A stretch of DNA of 64,000 bases. It comes from Dehalococcoidia bacterium. Lineage in GTDB: Bacteria > Chloroflexota > Dehalococcoidia > Lucifugimonadales > VXLM01. Location: positions 186,001-250,000 of the forward strand of contig OY759598.1 of the NCBI GenBank assembly GCA_963662435.1, given 5' to 3'. The notes below the pieces were generated by a model. The model made no database searches, was not told the DNA's origin, and saw nothing but the letters and a program-made list of their open reading frames with translations. Made by a program: the position numbers and the translations under genes. Below are positions 10,062-20,301 of this stretch, piece by piece; the first letter of the stretch is position 1, and every line of letters begins with the position of its first letter.

Positions 10062-10372
10062 CCGGAGAGACGCAGAGAAATCATGCGGGGTGGGGGGATG
10101 TGTCCCTCACCCCGCCTTGACGTTGGTCCGCATCCGGTTGGCTTGCCCACAGTATTTCGGGCAACGAAAAAGCCGCACACATGGAAGGCCGGGGGAACCC
10201 GCCGCCGCACTCGCAGCGGAGCCCTCGGTGCACGGCGGCAAGGCGCGTCCAAAGATTGCCTGGCTTGTGACCCAGTCCCGGCGCCAACGCCGAACCTAAA
10301 GAACGCGCTTTCACCCACTGGTGTGCCATTTGGTGGCTGCGCACCACAACCGCCCATTGCTACGCTTGATGT

Positions 10373-10810
10373 ATGGCCCTCTCAGACCGAAACCTGCTCG
10401 ATGCCCTCAGCCGGATGCCCTTCGTCGACTCGATGGAGCTGGCGCTCACTCTCGGCGAGCCGCACGCGACCGTACACCGCACCCTGGCCGACCTGCTGGC
10501 CGAAGGCATCGTCGGGCGCGTCAACCACGGCACCGTCCACCTGCCGTCCAGCCAGAGGTGCCACCTGACGGCCAACGGCATCAGAGAGGCCGCCGGGGTG
10601 CTCGGCTTCGACACTCCCTCGGACTTCGTGCGGGCCTACCCCGCACCCTGGGAATGGCTGACCCTGCTCATCCGCAGGATGGACGCTGTGGCCGCTGTCT
10701 ACCGCCTCGCCGCCACCATGTCCCCCGGCACGGACGGACGCAGGTCCCGAGTGGAGTTCCACCGCAGGGGCCGCTTCGACGCCACCATCACGCTGCACGA
10801 CGGGCGCAGC
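10373..10810 (+). pseudogene. 5' fragment of a winged-helix protein from a mobile element; copy 1 of 3
   Basis: LLDALSRMPFVDSMELA...GIVGRVNHGTVHLPSS...; homologous DNA at 16298-16515 and 45960-46236. Confidence 0.6.
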
Positions 10811-10814
10811 ACTG

Positions 10815-11002
10815 GCCAGACCACTATCGTGCGTAAGTTCTCCCCCCAGGGCCTCAGTCGCAGCCACCTTGCCCCGATCATTGACCAGAGCGTCCAGCAG
10901 GTCCAATAGGGGATCGTCCGATAGGGGAATGTTCACGTCGTCGCCGGAACCCCTCGACCCGTCCGTGGCAGGCTCATCGTCGTCAACCAACAGACCCTCC
11001 AT
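10815..11002 (-). pseudogene. 5' fragment of an HTH protein similar to 43992-44792
   Basis: LLDLLDALVNDRGKVAATEALG resembles LMSLLNELVRKRRNKGAARVLG. Confidence 0.45.
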
Positions 11003-11609
11003 GCCTCAGGAAGTACAATACAATCAGTACAATGTAGTTGCGATGGAGCGTCAACTTAACAATCGCCAAATTGCTTACTCGAACTCTCCGCGCCAACCTG
11101 ATTCCCGTTGGAACAGCCTTGGTTGTATTCTACAATGTACCCCGATTCTCCCTACAGCCCGCACAGGGCGATTGCCATCCCTGAGCGATTGTAGTCTGAC
11201 ACGCCAGCCCTTGAACCACGGCACAGGAATTCCTGATTGTCGGCGCCGACCTGAAGGCCCGGATCCCCCGTTGGATCGTATCGGCCGGTTATCACCGGCA
11301 CCAAACTGAGGAAGGGTATAACCACGATTGTGCCAAGCGGGAGAGCGCTCCAGGGAGTCGGCTTGTCTTCACTGCGCTTTCACCCCATTGGCGGAGGCCC
11401 GAAGACGACAAAGATGGACAAAAAGCATGGTTCACGGCAAGAAACGCACCCCTTATTGGATAGACCGGAGATTGACTGGCCTTGCAGGAACCGAATATCA
11501 TGCCATCATCTCGTTTAGATCGCCCATTGAGCCTGAAGACTCCCAATATGGGGAATCCCGGTCAAACATTCTCTAGGACCCTCACATGACACTCATACGG
11601 GAGGTAGAG

Positions 11610-12110
11610 ATGAATAACCTGTACTAAGCCGACCTCGACACGTAGGAGGCCGCTGACACCATATTCATCGGCGCGATGGCCCGGCTCTACGGGTGGGTCG
11701 CCTTGGGTGTAGTCACCACCGGGGTGGTCGGGTGGATCAGCCACCAAGCCGCTTTCTTGAAAGCTATCCTGGAGAACTTCGGGCTGATGGGATACCTGGT
11801 GGTGCTGGGACTTTGGCTAATGGCTGCTTTCGGCTTGGGCTTCGCCACCGCCCGAGTTTCCCCGGCGGTGGGAGGTGGGCTCTTCCTGGGCTTTACCGCC
11901 ATCACCGGCCTGATGATTTCCTACATCTTCTGGACCTACACCGGGGACACCATCATCCTCGCCTTCGCTCTGACCACCGGAGTTTTCGCGGCGATGAGCG
12001 CCATCGGCTGCACCACCAAGCGGGACCTATCCGGTCTGGGCACGATGTGCTGCATCGGCCTGGTTGGCGTCGTCATCGCAGGAGTGGTCAACTGGTTCAT
12101 CGGCAAGTAA
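11610..12110 (+). pseudogene. Bax inhibitor-1/YccA family membrane protein, degraded and truncated
   Basis: TM segments with FTAITGLMISYIFWTYT...AFALTTGVF...TTKRDLSGLG; two stops after the RBS-linked ATG at 11610; C-terminal helices missing. Confidence 0.7.
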
Positions 12111-12270
12111 TCTATCCGCGCTCTCTAGCACAGAGTCGTGTCCACACGTAGCCGTGTTCTCGACAAGGAGCGGCCCTCCGGGCCCCCCTTGAGGCACACG
12201 GTGTGGGAAACGGCGACTTGTGGCGGACTTGTGCTAGAGAAGCCAGTCGTTGTCGCAAGGGGGCACCTTA

Positions 12271-14847
12271 ATGAGAGTCGTCACGGTTTTCGCAGCGTTA
12301 ATAGCCGTACTTGTCGTCGCATCGGTCGCGAGCGTCCGCTTCGTTAGCGGACAGACCGACGCCGGCACACCCATACCCCTCCAAAACCCGGCGATTCCTC
12401 CCGATCCCGTCGGTGGGCAGGGGCCTCTCTTGATACCTCTGGAGATGGGGGACTCCTCCTCTGCGACTGAAGGGGCCCGACCCGTCGTCGCTTCCTCACT
12501 GAGGAGCACAAGTCCGGATCAGCCGTCCGTGAGATTCTTGACCGAGAAGCAGTTCATGCTCGGCCTGATCAACGCGGAGCGAAAGAAGGCGGGCGTTCCG
12601 GAAGTGTCGTTAGGGGACAACATCGCGGCTCAGATACACGCCGAGAACTCAATTCGCGACTGCGTTTCCGGGCACTGGGGGACGGACGGTCTAGGCCCAC
12701 CGATGAGGTACTCCCTCGCCGGAGGCTACCAGTCTAACGGCGAAAATGCTTCGGGATATAGTTATTGCCTTACGGACGAAGAACGGCCCTCCTATGCTTC
12801 CATACATGCACAGGGCGGCATTCAAAACCAACTGCGCCAAATAATGAGGGGATATATGAACAGCCCCGGGCATAAGAGGAACATCCTGTATCCGTGGCAT
12901 CGGAAGGTGAACCTGGGGCTTGCATGGGATACTCACGAGATGTGGAACGTACAGCACTTCGAGGGGGACTACGCGGATTGCAGCGTTCCACCGATGATAG
13001 AGGGGACGACACTGCGGGTAAGCTGCACCGCGAAGGAGGTGTTTCCGTCAGATTACTACGTCCAGCAAATTTACTACGACCCTCCCCCTCATGCATTGAC
13101 GCGGGGACAAATCGCTCGGAGCTACAGCTATGGATTAGGGAATGAGGTGGCGCTGCTAAGAGGGCAAGTGGGGCAGGGATACTACTATCCGACCGACGAG
13201 GCGGAAGTTACGCACTATTTGGGATGCACTCCTTACGATGTCGATCCGACCTTGCCTCCACCGTCATCAAACGATGAGATGTGGTCGCTGCATAACAAGG
13301 CAAAGCTCTGTGAGCCTACCGAGACGACCGTTATGGTGCCGCGGATAACAGGAGAGGAGACGATAGACGGGCGTTCCATTTCGCTCTCTCACGACATCGG
13401 GCCGGTGTTGAGAAAGCACGGCACAGGCGTGTACACGCTTGTGGTATGGGGCTGCTCGGTGCCCGACTCATTGGCGAACCCTTGCGATGACGACAACACC
13501 ATGGTGATCGTGGAGGAGTCCATCTTCTACGGAATCAGCCCTCCCGACACGTACACGCCAGCGCAGGCGTCTCCGTCCACGCCGACGCCTACTCCAACGA
13601 CGGCCGCAGGCTCATCCACCACCGTGGCGCGGACCGACTGCGGCGACGCGGTGGCGGACACGTCCAACACCGGCCTGGTGTCGGACTGCGAGGCGCTGCT
13701 GGCGGCGAGGGACACGCTGCGCGGCACGGCGGCCCTGAACTGGTCTCCGAGCACCGCCATTGCTGGGTGGGACGGCATCATCCTGGGAGGGAGTCCCAGG
13801 AGGGTGACCAAGATCGGGCTCCAGAAGAGGGGGTTGACGGGCAGTATACCCGCGGCCGTGGGCAGGCTTGATGCGCTGGAGGAGCTATGGCTGTATACCA
13901 ATGAGCTAACAGGCGCCATTCCAGCCGAGATAGGAGACCTGTCCAACCTTACCTGGCTGTTCGTCTCTGGCAACAACCTGGGCGGGCAGATCCCTGAGAA
14001 CCTGAACAACCTGTCGCTGGACAGGCTGTGGCTCCACAAGAACAGCTTCACGGGTTGTGTGCCATACAACCTGACGTTGACGCGGGAGTACAAGGTGGAC
14101 AGGGGCCTCCCCGCGTGCGCGCCGCCAACCGGAGCCGCCACGCCGACTCCAACGCCGACGCCCGGGACGGGGACTCCGACGCCCACACCGACACCGACAA
14201 GTGTGCCGGTTGCCCTCGACAGCAGTATAACGTGGCAGATTCACTGCCAGGTAGCCGACTTCGTCGCCGCCTTCGGCGAGGAGTACGTCATGGACGACGA
14301 GCTGACGCTCCACTACATTTACGAGCGGAACGGCAGGGGCCTGTGGCACGTGCTCCGCACCATCTGGCGAAGTCCTAGCAGTCCAGACAGGCTCGTTGCC
14401 TGCATGACGAAGGTGTACGACAACGTCAGCAGCGCGACCTGGGACCACCAGTTCACCGCGATGCTGGAGGAGGCGCTCGGAGACTCCGACGTGCTGCGTC
14501 AGAACAAGCGCTGCTGCAAGGAGATAGGCGACAGCTTCAAGGGCCTGATGCTGGACATCGGCTCCACCTTCTCCGACGGCGATTGGCAGGACACGCTCGA
14601 AGCCAGGTCCGGAGTGGCGAGCTTCAGCAGGGGGCAGGTCATCGTCCGTGTCGCTTCATACGACCGGCGCGGCGACGGCGGCTACCACCTGCTAGAGGTC
14701 GACGAGATGGCACGCAGGGTCAACTCCCGGTTCTACGACGGCATATTCGACGAGATCGAGACGAGGGGATTGAGTGATGGGTCCGGAACGCAGATGAGTA
14801 CCGGGAGACCGTTCTACCTGAACCCGTTTTCACCGAGCGGCGAGTGA
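12271..14847 (+). CDS. Secreted CAP(SCP)-domain + LRR protein with Pro/Thr linkers
   Basis: Signal peptide; LINAERKKAG...GHWG...GENA...MNSPGHKRNIL; LRRs (NELTGAIPAEIGDL); PT repeats. Confidence 0.85.
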   Translation: MRVVTVFAALIAVLVVASVASVRFVSGQTDAGTPIPLQNPAIPPDPVGGQGPLLIPLEMGDSSSATEGARPVVASSLRSTSPDQPSVRFLTEKQFMLGLINAERKKAGVPEVSLGDNIAAQIHAENSIRDCVSGHWGTDGLGPPMRYSLAGGYQSNGENASGYSYCLTDEERPSYASIHAQGGIQNQLRQIMRGYMNSPGHKRNILYPWHRKVNLGLAWDTHEMWNVQHFEGDYADCSVPPMIEGTTLRVSCTAKEVFPSDYYVQQIYYDPPPHALTRGQIARSYSYGLGNEVALLRGQVGQGYYYPTDEAEVTHYLGCTPYDVDPTLPPPSSNDEMWSLHNKAKLCEPTETTVMVPRITGEETIDGRSISLSHDIGPVLRKHGTGVYTLVVWGCSVPDSLANPCDDDNTMVIVEESIFYGISPPDTYTPAQASPSTPTPTPTTAAGSSTTVARTDCGDAVADTSNTGLVSDCEALLAARDTLRGTAALNWSPSTAIAGWDGIILGGSPRRVTKIGLQKRGLTGSIPAAVGRLDALEELWLYTNELTGAIPAEIGDLSNLTWLFVSGNNLGGQIPENLNNLSLDRLWLHKNSFTGCVPYNLTLTREYKVDRGLPACAPPTGAATPTPTPTPGTGTPTPTPTPTSVPVALDSSITWQIHCQVADFVAAFGEEYVMDDELTLHYIYERNGRGLWHVLRTIWRSPSSPDRLVACMTKVYDNVSSATWDHQFTAMLEEALGDSDVLRQNKRCCKEIGDSFKGLMLDIGSTFSDGDWQDTLEARSGVASFSRGQVIVRVASYDRRGDGGYHLLEVDEMARRVNSRFYDGIFDEIETRGLSDGSGTQMSTGRPFYLNPFSPSGE

Positions 14848-14910
14848 GAGGGCGGACCTGACATACCCTTAGTAAACGGCCATGAGTGAACATTATGCCA
14901 AGATCCGCTG

Positions 14911-15231
14911 GTGGCGTATTGGGGAGGAATCTCCCTGGCGCGGGATACCAGGGCCACCCTGGTTGACAGACTACCTCCAATCCTCAACGGTCGGACGGAG
15001 CTCGTCGAGCGCCTGTTGGCCGACACCTGCGAGCTTTGCAGCTCAATGGTGAAGGTTCAGGTGCACCACGTACGGGCTTTGAAAGACCTGCGAAAGAAGG
15101 GACGGGCCAAACCGCCCACCTGGATGGAGGTCATGGCAGCACGGCGTCGCAAGACGCTCGTGGTCTGTGCGTCCTGTCACGTGGACATCCATGCCGGGCG
15201 TCCGCTGAAGCAGAGCGTACAGGCAGCCTAA
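14911..15231 (+). pseudogene. C-terminal (HNH/En) fragment of a group II intron reverse transcriptase/maturase
   Basis: WGGISL...ELVERLLADTCELC...VHHVRALKDL...MAARRRKTLVVCASCHVDIH. Confidence 0.85.
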
Positions 15232-15375
15232 GTACCAAACTGCGAACAAGTAAGTAGTGTCCTAGCTGTGGTATCCTGTCGGCTACCACAGAAGGCGTCA
15301 GTCTTCATCGACTCACGAGCATTCAACTGTCCTGAGTGCCGTGTCATTCACATTAGACCGTCGATAAATTGATCT

Positions 15376-15876
15376 ATGCGATGGGGTCATAGACCCAGGT
15401 CGGGCAGACGCCGAGGCGTCCTCCCCCGGAACATAAAGAATGGGCTCTTCCGAGCCCAGAAGGGCCGGTGCGCCTATTGCGGCCGTACCCATCGCAGTCG
15501 CTACCTTGAGATCGACCACAAATACCCGGTCAGTCGGGGTGGCAACGACAAGATCGACAACCTACAACTCCTCTGCACCCCCTGCAACATGCGCAAGGGA
15601 ATCCAATCCGACGATGAGTTCCGACGGCGCTACCATCGGCTTCTACCCGCCGATGGTAGCATCCCCTCTCCCCCCATTCTCCAGGACAGCTTCTCAGAGG
15701 AGACCCAATACACCAGAGCACCCAGAGAAGTAAGGGCCATCTACCACAAGCGCTTCACCGCAGCCCGCGAACGGCAAGGCGCATATCGCGCAGGTCAAGG
15801 TAGTGGTTGTGGTCTGCTTGTGGCAACAGTGGTGCTGTCGCTCCTTGCTCTGGTTCTCCTCTTCCTCACACTCTAA
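15376..15876 (+). CDS. HNH endonuclease with a C-terminal transmembrane helix
   Basis: QKGRCAYCG...EIDHKYPVSRGG...NLQLLCTPCNMRKG; C-terminus LLVATVVLSLLALVLLFLTL. Confidence 0.8.
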   Translation: MRWGHRPRSGRRRGVLPRNIKNGLFRAQKGRCAYCGRTHRSRYLEIDHKYPVSRGGNDKIDNLQLLCTPCNMRKGIQSDDEFRRRYHRLLPADGSIPSPPILQDSFSEETQYTRAPREVRAIYHKRFTAARERQGAYRAGQGSGCGLLVATVVLSLLALVLLFLTL

Positions 15877-15908
15877 CGCCCCAACCAGAGACACTACCGG
15901 ACACTGGA

Positions 15909-16005
15909 GAGCCGGATGCCGCGAAAGTGGCACGTCCGGTTCGGAGGGGGGCCGACGGAAAAGTGCTCCGCTAACGCGGAATAACTCGCCGGCGGCCTAC
16001 CCAAC
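15909..16005 (+). ncRNA. Group II intron catalytic domain V and domain VI
   Basis: GAGCCGGATGCCGC-GAAA-GTGGCACGTCCGGTTC with AGC triad and AC bulge; DVI ends ...CCTACCCAAC. Confidence 0.9.
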
Positions 16006-16297
16006 ACCGGGCAAGTTTTCATTTACAAGCCCCGCCCAGGCCAAGCGGCTACACCACTCCGGCAGCGCCTCAAACGGGTAAGGGTTCGTCGCAATCTCCC
16101 TTCGGGCCAGGCAGCCGAGTACCACGAACTTCCTCAGGACGGGCGGAAGGGACCGGGGCTGGTACAAGAGAACCGGCTTACTGACGATACTGGTCCTAGC
16201 AGTCGGCTGCACCTTCGCGATCACTACCGAAAACGCGACATCCTGCATCAGCCGACTACCAAACTCACCACCGTATCCTGACCGACCTACTCACTAA

Positions 16298-16515
16298 CGG
16301 CATCTTGGGGAGAGTCGACCACGGCACCGTCCATCTGCCATCGAGCGGGAGATGCTTCCTGACGACCAAGGGCATCCGTGAAGCCGCTGACATTCTCGGC
16401 TTCGACGTGCCCTCGGACTTCGTGCGAGCCTACCCCATGTCCAGGGAGTGGTTGACGCTGCTCCTGCACCGGATGGACGCGGTGGCCACCGTCTACCGGT
16501 CTGGCCGCCACCATG
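16298..16515 (+). pseudogene. Fragment of the winged-helix mobile-element gene; copy 2
   Basis: GRVDHGTVHLPSS...FDVPSDFVRAYP...EWLTLLLHRMDAVA matches the 10373 ORF. Confidence 0.65.
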
Positions 16516-16764
16516 TCCCCGGTACAGCTGTCCCACAAGCGGTTCCCCTACCCTGACATCTGGGATTCGCTGCGGCGCATGTTCGATGCCTACGGGCTGG
16601 AGCGGTGCATGTGGGGCACCAACTGGACGCGGGCCGTGCGGCTGCTGACGTACGAGCAGGGCGTGGAGGCGTTCCGGGTGACCGACTGGTTCTCGGACTC
16701 GGACGGGGACACGTTGATGGTCGGCACGCTGGCCCGAATCTACGGCTGGACGCTCGGCTCATAA
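16513..16764 (+). pseudogene. C-terminal fragment of an amidohydrolase_2 family protein
   Basis: FPYPDIWD...DAYGLERCMWGTNWT...GTLARIYGW. Confidence 0.65.
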
Positions 16765-16788
16765 GGCCTAACCATTCGGTTGTGGGAG

Positions 16789-19700
16789 TTACTCCTCTTC
16801 GGGGAGGAGGAGGATGCGCACGTAGCGGTCGTCGGTCAGGTAGCGTTCAGCGACTGCGGCGACCTGCTCGAGTGTAATCTCCTCCAGCCAGTCGTCGTAG
16901 GCGACTATCTGGTCGAACGACTCTCCGCGACGCGCGGCGATACGTATCTGGTTGAGCCAGAAACTGTTCTCCCGCAGGTCCTCCTGGCGGTTGGTCCTGA
17001 AAAGCTCCTTGGCAGTGTCGAGGTACTTCTGCTCGCCGCCCATCTGCAGCCAGTCTATTTGGTCGAACACCTCCGCAAGCAGTTCCTCGGCGCGTTCGGG
17101 ATCGCTGCCGAACAGGACGTAGATCTGATACTCGGGGTCCGGGAGCGTCTGGGTGCCGGCGGTATTGACGTTGATGCTGTAAGTACCTCCGAGCGCCTCG
17201 CGCACCCTTTCGCGCAGACGGATGCCCAGGATCTCGCCGGCCAAGTCAATCGTGAGCGCCTCCTGTCGGCTCCATTCCAGGTCTCCGGCGTACACGAGCA
17301 GCGTCTGACTGCGCGGCTCGACGCCGCTGCGGACCACGTCGTCCACGATGCCCGGGGGCGGGTCGACTCCGTGGTCCTGCCACTGCTCGGCGCGTCCGGT
17401 TGTCGGCAGGGCGGCCAGGTAGTTTTCGGTCAGCGAGCGCAGGGTATCCCAGTCGAAGGTGCCCACGAATACGAACGTGGCGTCGCCCAGGTCGGCGAAC
17501 CGGTCTGAGTAGACGGCCACCGCCGTCTCCATGTCCAGTTCTTCAAGCACCTCGACGGACAGAGGGCGTCCGCGGTGGTGCCACTGGCTCAGCACGGAGT
17601 TTGCGCAATTGAAGAACACCCAGTCCGGGTCCGCGGCGCGGAACTCGGCGACGCTGTGGAGCCTGGCCTGGTATCTCGTGAAGAAGTCCGGGTCGAGCCG
17701 GTGCTCGGTGGCGTATAGGGTGATGAGCTGAAACAGGGACTCCAGGTCCTTGGGAGAGGCGTTGCCGCTGAATCCCTCGAACAGCTCCTCGATGTACGGC
17801 GATACCTCGACGCGCTTGCCGGCCAGCAGCCTGTCCAGGGTCACGCTGTCGTGGGGGCCCGCGCCGCTGCCCGATACGAGCTGGGCGGCGTAGGTGGCGG
17901 ACTGGTGTTCCTCGTCGGTGACGAGCGAATGGCCGCCGTGGCTGAAGGCCCGGAACAGCACCTCGTCGTCGCGGAAGTCGGTCTGCTTGGCCAAGACGGT
18001 GACGCCGTTGGACAGCGTCCACTTCACGGCATCGATGGACTCGATCTGCTCTTCGGCGGTGATGGTCCCCGGCAAAGGCAGGTTCGCCAGCAGTGGAACG
18101 TCGCCGACGTCGTCCGCGTAGGGTTCGACTACCAGTGCGTGGGCCGTCTCGAGCTGGGTCAGCAGGGCGGTGGTGAGCTCGCTGTCGGTGCCTGCGGCGT
18201 CGGTCTCTTCGGGACGCACCACCAGAAGGGCGAGGTCTTCGGTCTGCGCCCAGGACCGCACCACGTCCGCGAACTCGGCCAGGGAAATCTGCGGCAGTAG
18301 TTGCTGGTAGAGCTCCCATTCGGCCTCGATGCCGGGGACGGGGGCTCCAGCGAAGAAATGGTCGGCGTACTCGCCCGCGAGGTCCGTCGACGGCGTCTGG
18401 TTCCGCTGCTTGTACTGGCTCTCGACGGTGCTGAGCAGGTTGCTCTTCTCCCGCTCCAATTCGCCCTCGGTGAAGCCGTGCTGGTGGGCCCGCTGAATCT
18501 CCTCGAGCACGGCGTCGAGGCCGGCCTCGACGCCGTCCGTCTCGACCCAGGCCGAGAACGTGGCGATGTCAAGGGTGTACACGTAGGGGTAGCGTACGGC
18601 GCTGGCGGTGATGTACGGTGGTTCTGCGACCTGGCCTCGCTCGAACAGCCGCGCGTTGAGCATCATAAAGGCGAGTCTTTCCACGATGGTACGCCTGAAG
18701 TCGGCCTGGTCTTCGACCATGTCGGGGGCGTACTTGCGGATGAGCACGAACTGGGTGGCGGGGGACTCGGGGTCGGTGAAGACCTCGATGAGCGGATTCT
18801 CGTGGCCGGGTACGTCGATGACGGGCCTGTCGGTGGTCTGACTGATGGCGGCGCGCTCCTGTGCGGCCTCGCCCTCAGGGGGCGGCGCGAAGTACTGCTT
18901 GATCTTCGCTTCGATGGTCTCCACGTCGAAGTCGCCCACGGCGACGACGGCCATCAGGTCGGGCCTGTACCAGCGCTCGTAGTAGGCGCGCAGGGTTTCC
19001 ACGGGCGCGTTCTCGATGACCTCGGTGAGGCCGATGGGGGCGCGGCTGGCGTAGAGCGAGTCGCTGAAGAGGAGGTCGAGCAGGTTCTGCTGGAGGCGCG
19101 AGTCGAATCCCTGGGACAGGCGCCATTCCTCCAGCACGACGCCTCGCTCGAGCTCGACTTCTTCCGGCTCGAGCGCAATCGAGAAGGCCCAGTCGCTGAG
19201 AATCTGGAAGGCGGTTTCGGTGATTTCCGGGTCGTCTGCCGGGATCTCGAGGAAGTACAGGGTGTCGTCGAAGCCGGTGCGGGCGTTCAGGTGTGCGCCG
19301 AAGGTGCTGCCGATGGACTCGAGGTACTCGACGATCTCCTGCTTGGCGAAGCGCTCGGTGCCGTTGAAGGCCATGTGCTCGACGAAGTGGGCGAGGCCCT
19401 GCTGGTCGTCGGTCTCGAGGACGGAGCCGGCCTTCACGGCGAGCGAGATGTGTGCCCTGCCGAGCGGCTCCTCGTTGTGCCGAATGTAGTAGCTCAGGCC
19501 GTTCGAGAGGGTCCCGCGGACCACCGCCGGGTCGAAGGCGAGGGACGAGACGGGCTGCGGCGTGGGCGTCGGGACCGGAGTAGGGATCGCCGTTGGCGTC
19601 GCGGTGGGCGTGGTAGTCGGCTCCGGTATGGCGGTAGCGGTGGGAGACGGCGTCGCGGTAGGCGGCACGGGTGTGGCCGTCGGCGTGGGCGTCGGGACCG

Positions 19701-19866
19701 GAGTAGGGATCGCCGTTGGCGTCGGGGTGGGCGTGGCAGTCGGCTCCGGCACTGCGGTGGGTGCCGGCGTCGGGGTGGGCGATTTGTCCTGGCCGCACGC
19801 CGCGATTGCCACGAGGGTCAGCCCGGCGAAGATGACTGCCAGTGTAATTCTCAGACGTGCGTCCAT
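16789..19866 (-). CDS. M16 family zinc metallopeptidase (PqqL-like) lipoprotein with a PT linker
   Basis: Lipobox [14 protein letters not shown]; HxxEH motif [12 protein letters not shown]; second half [17 protein letters not shown]. Confidence 0.92.
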   Translation of the reverse strand: MDARLRITLAVIFAGLTLVAIAACGQDKSPTPTPAPTAVPEPTATPTPTPTAIPTPVPTPTPTATPVPPTATPSPTATAIPEPTTTPTATPTAIPTPVPTPTPQPVSSLAFDPAVVRGTLSNGLSYYIRHNEEPLGRAHISLAVKAGSVLETDDQQGLAHFVEHMAFNGTERFAKQEIVEYLESIGSTFGAHLNARTGFDDTLYFLEIPADDPEITETAFQILSDWAFSIALEPEEVELERGVVLEEWRLSQGFDSRLQQNLLDLLFSDSLYASRAPIGLTEVIENAPVETLRAYYERWYRPDLMAVVAVGDFDVETIEAKIKQYFAPPPEGEAAQERAAISQTTDRPVIDVPGHENPLIEVFTDPESPATQFVLIRKYAPDMVEDQADFRRTIVERLAFMMLNARLFERGQVAEPPYITASAVRYPYVYTLDIATFSAWVETDGVEAGLDAVLEEIQRAHQHGFTEGELEREKSNLLSTVESQYKQRNQTPSTDLAGEYADHFFAGAPVPGIEAEWELYQQLLPQISLAEFADVVRSWAQTEDLALLVVRPEETDAAGTDSELTTALLTQLETAHALVVEPYADDVGDVPLLANLPLPGTITAEEQIESIDAVKWTLSNGVTVLAKQTDFRDDEVLFRAFSHGGHSLVTDEEHQSATYAAQLVSGSGAGPHDSVTLDRLLAGKRVEVSPYIEELFEGFSGNASPKDLESLFQLITLYATEHRLDPDFFTRYQARLHSVAEFRAADPDWVFFNCANSVLSQWHHRGRPLSVEVLEELDMETAVAVYSDRFADLGDATFVFVGTFDWDTLRSLTENYLAALPTTGRAEQWQDHGVDPPPGIVDDVVRSGVEPRSQTLLVYAGDLEWSRQEALTIDLAGEILGIRLRERVREALGGTYSINVNTAGTQTLPDPEYQIYVLFGSDPERAEELLAEVFDQIDWLQMGGEQKYLDTAKELFRTNRQEDLRENSFWLNQIRIAARRGESFDQIVAYDDWLEEITLEQVAAVAERYLTDDRYVRILLLPEEE

Positions 19867-19963
19867 GTACCTCTTCTCTCGTTGGGGGTTGACAGGATGG
19901 GGGTTTGCTAGCATCTATTGCACGACTTCGGGCCGTAGAAGTGTATGGCAAGGGGGCGGCTCG

Positions 19964-20149
19964 CAGGGCAATCGCATCTAAACGGAATGTATGATCGGAA
20001 TCAGCCACGAAAGGCCTCTGGTAGGCCATCTTCTCTGGTATTCGCAGGTGAGACTGTATCCGGGACATCATCCAAACCATCCCAGTGGAGGTGCCGCGGT
20101 GATGCCTTGTAGCTAAACCATACCTGGAAATTTAGATGCGATTGCCCTG
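19964..20149. mobile_element. 186-bp MITE with ISAs1-like ends
   Basis: Perfect 19-bp IRs CAGGGCAATCGCATCTAAA / TTTAGATGCGATTGCCCTG; no transposase; no exact target duplication. Confidence 0.65.
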
Positions 20150-20301
20150 GTGGGCAAGGCCTTCCGCCCCTTCTCTTTTACACACTCAACGTTACGCTAC
20201 CCCTGCGCTGTTTCACTAGACAACGATCGGTGAACCTGTCAGAATCCAACCGTGTTCGGGGTGGCCTGACACACGTGAACATCACTGCCCAGCGCTCTTA
20301 G

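Larger units (their letters stand above)
14900..16005 (+). mobile_element. 3' remnant of a group II intron (end of the intron-encoded protein, passenger gene, domains V-VI)
   Basis: En/HNH tail of the intron-encoded protein plus canonical domains V and VI ending CTACCCAAC; RT domain and 5' end absent. Confidence 0.85.

Noticed and set aside
14911..15876. HNH genes as IscB/Cas9-like or retron/DGR components
   Set aside because: No RuvC motifs, no RT core and no template/variable repeat pair; the fragment is a group II intron protein tail
19560..19780. ACGCCG/ACGCCC-rich repeats as non-coding arrays (also near 14140-14200 and 30180-30320)
   Set aside because: They encode Pro/Thr linkers of secreted proteins
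16780..20080. Long alternative ORFs overlapping the M16 peptidase (18301-19911, 18875-20080)
   Set aside because: Antisense or shifted-frame shadows typical of GC-rich coding DNA
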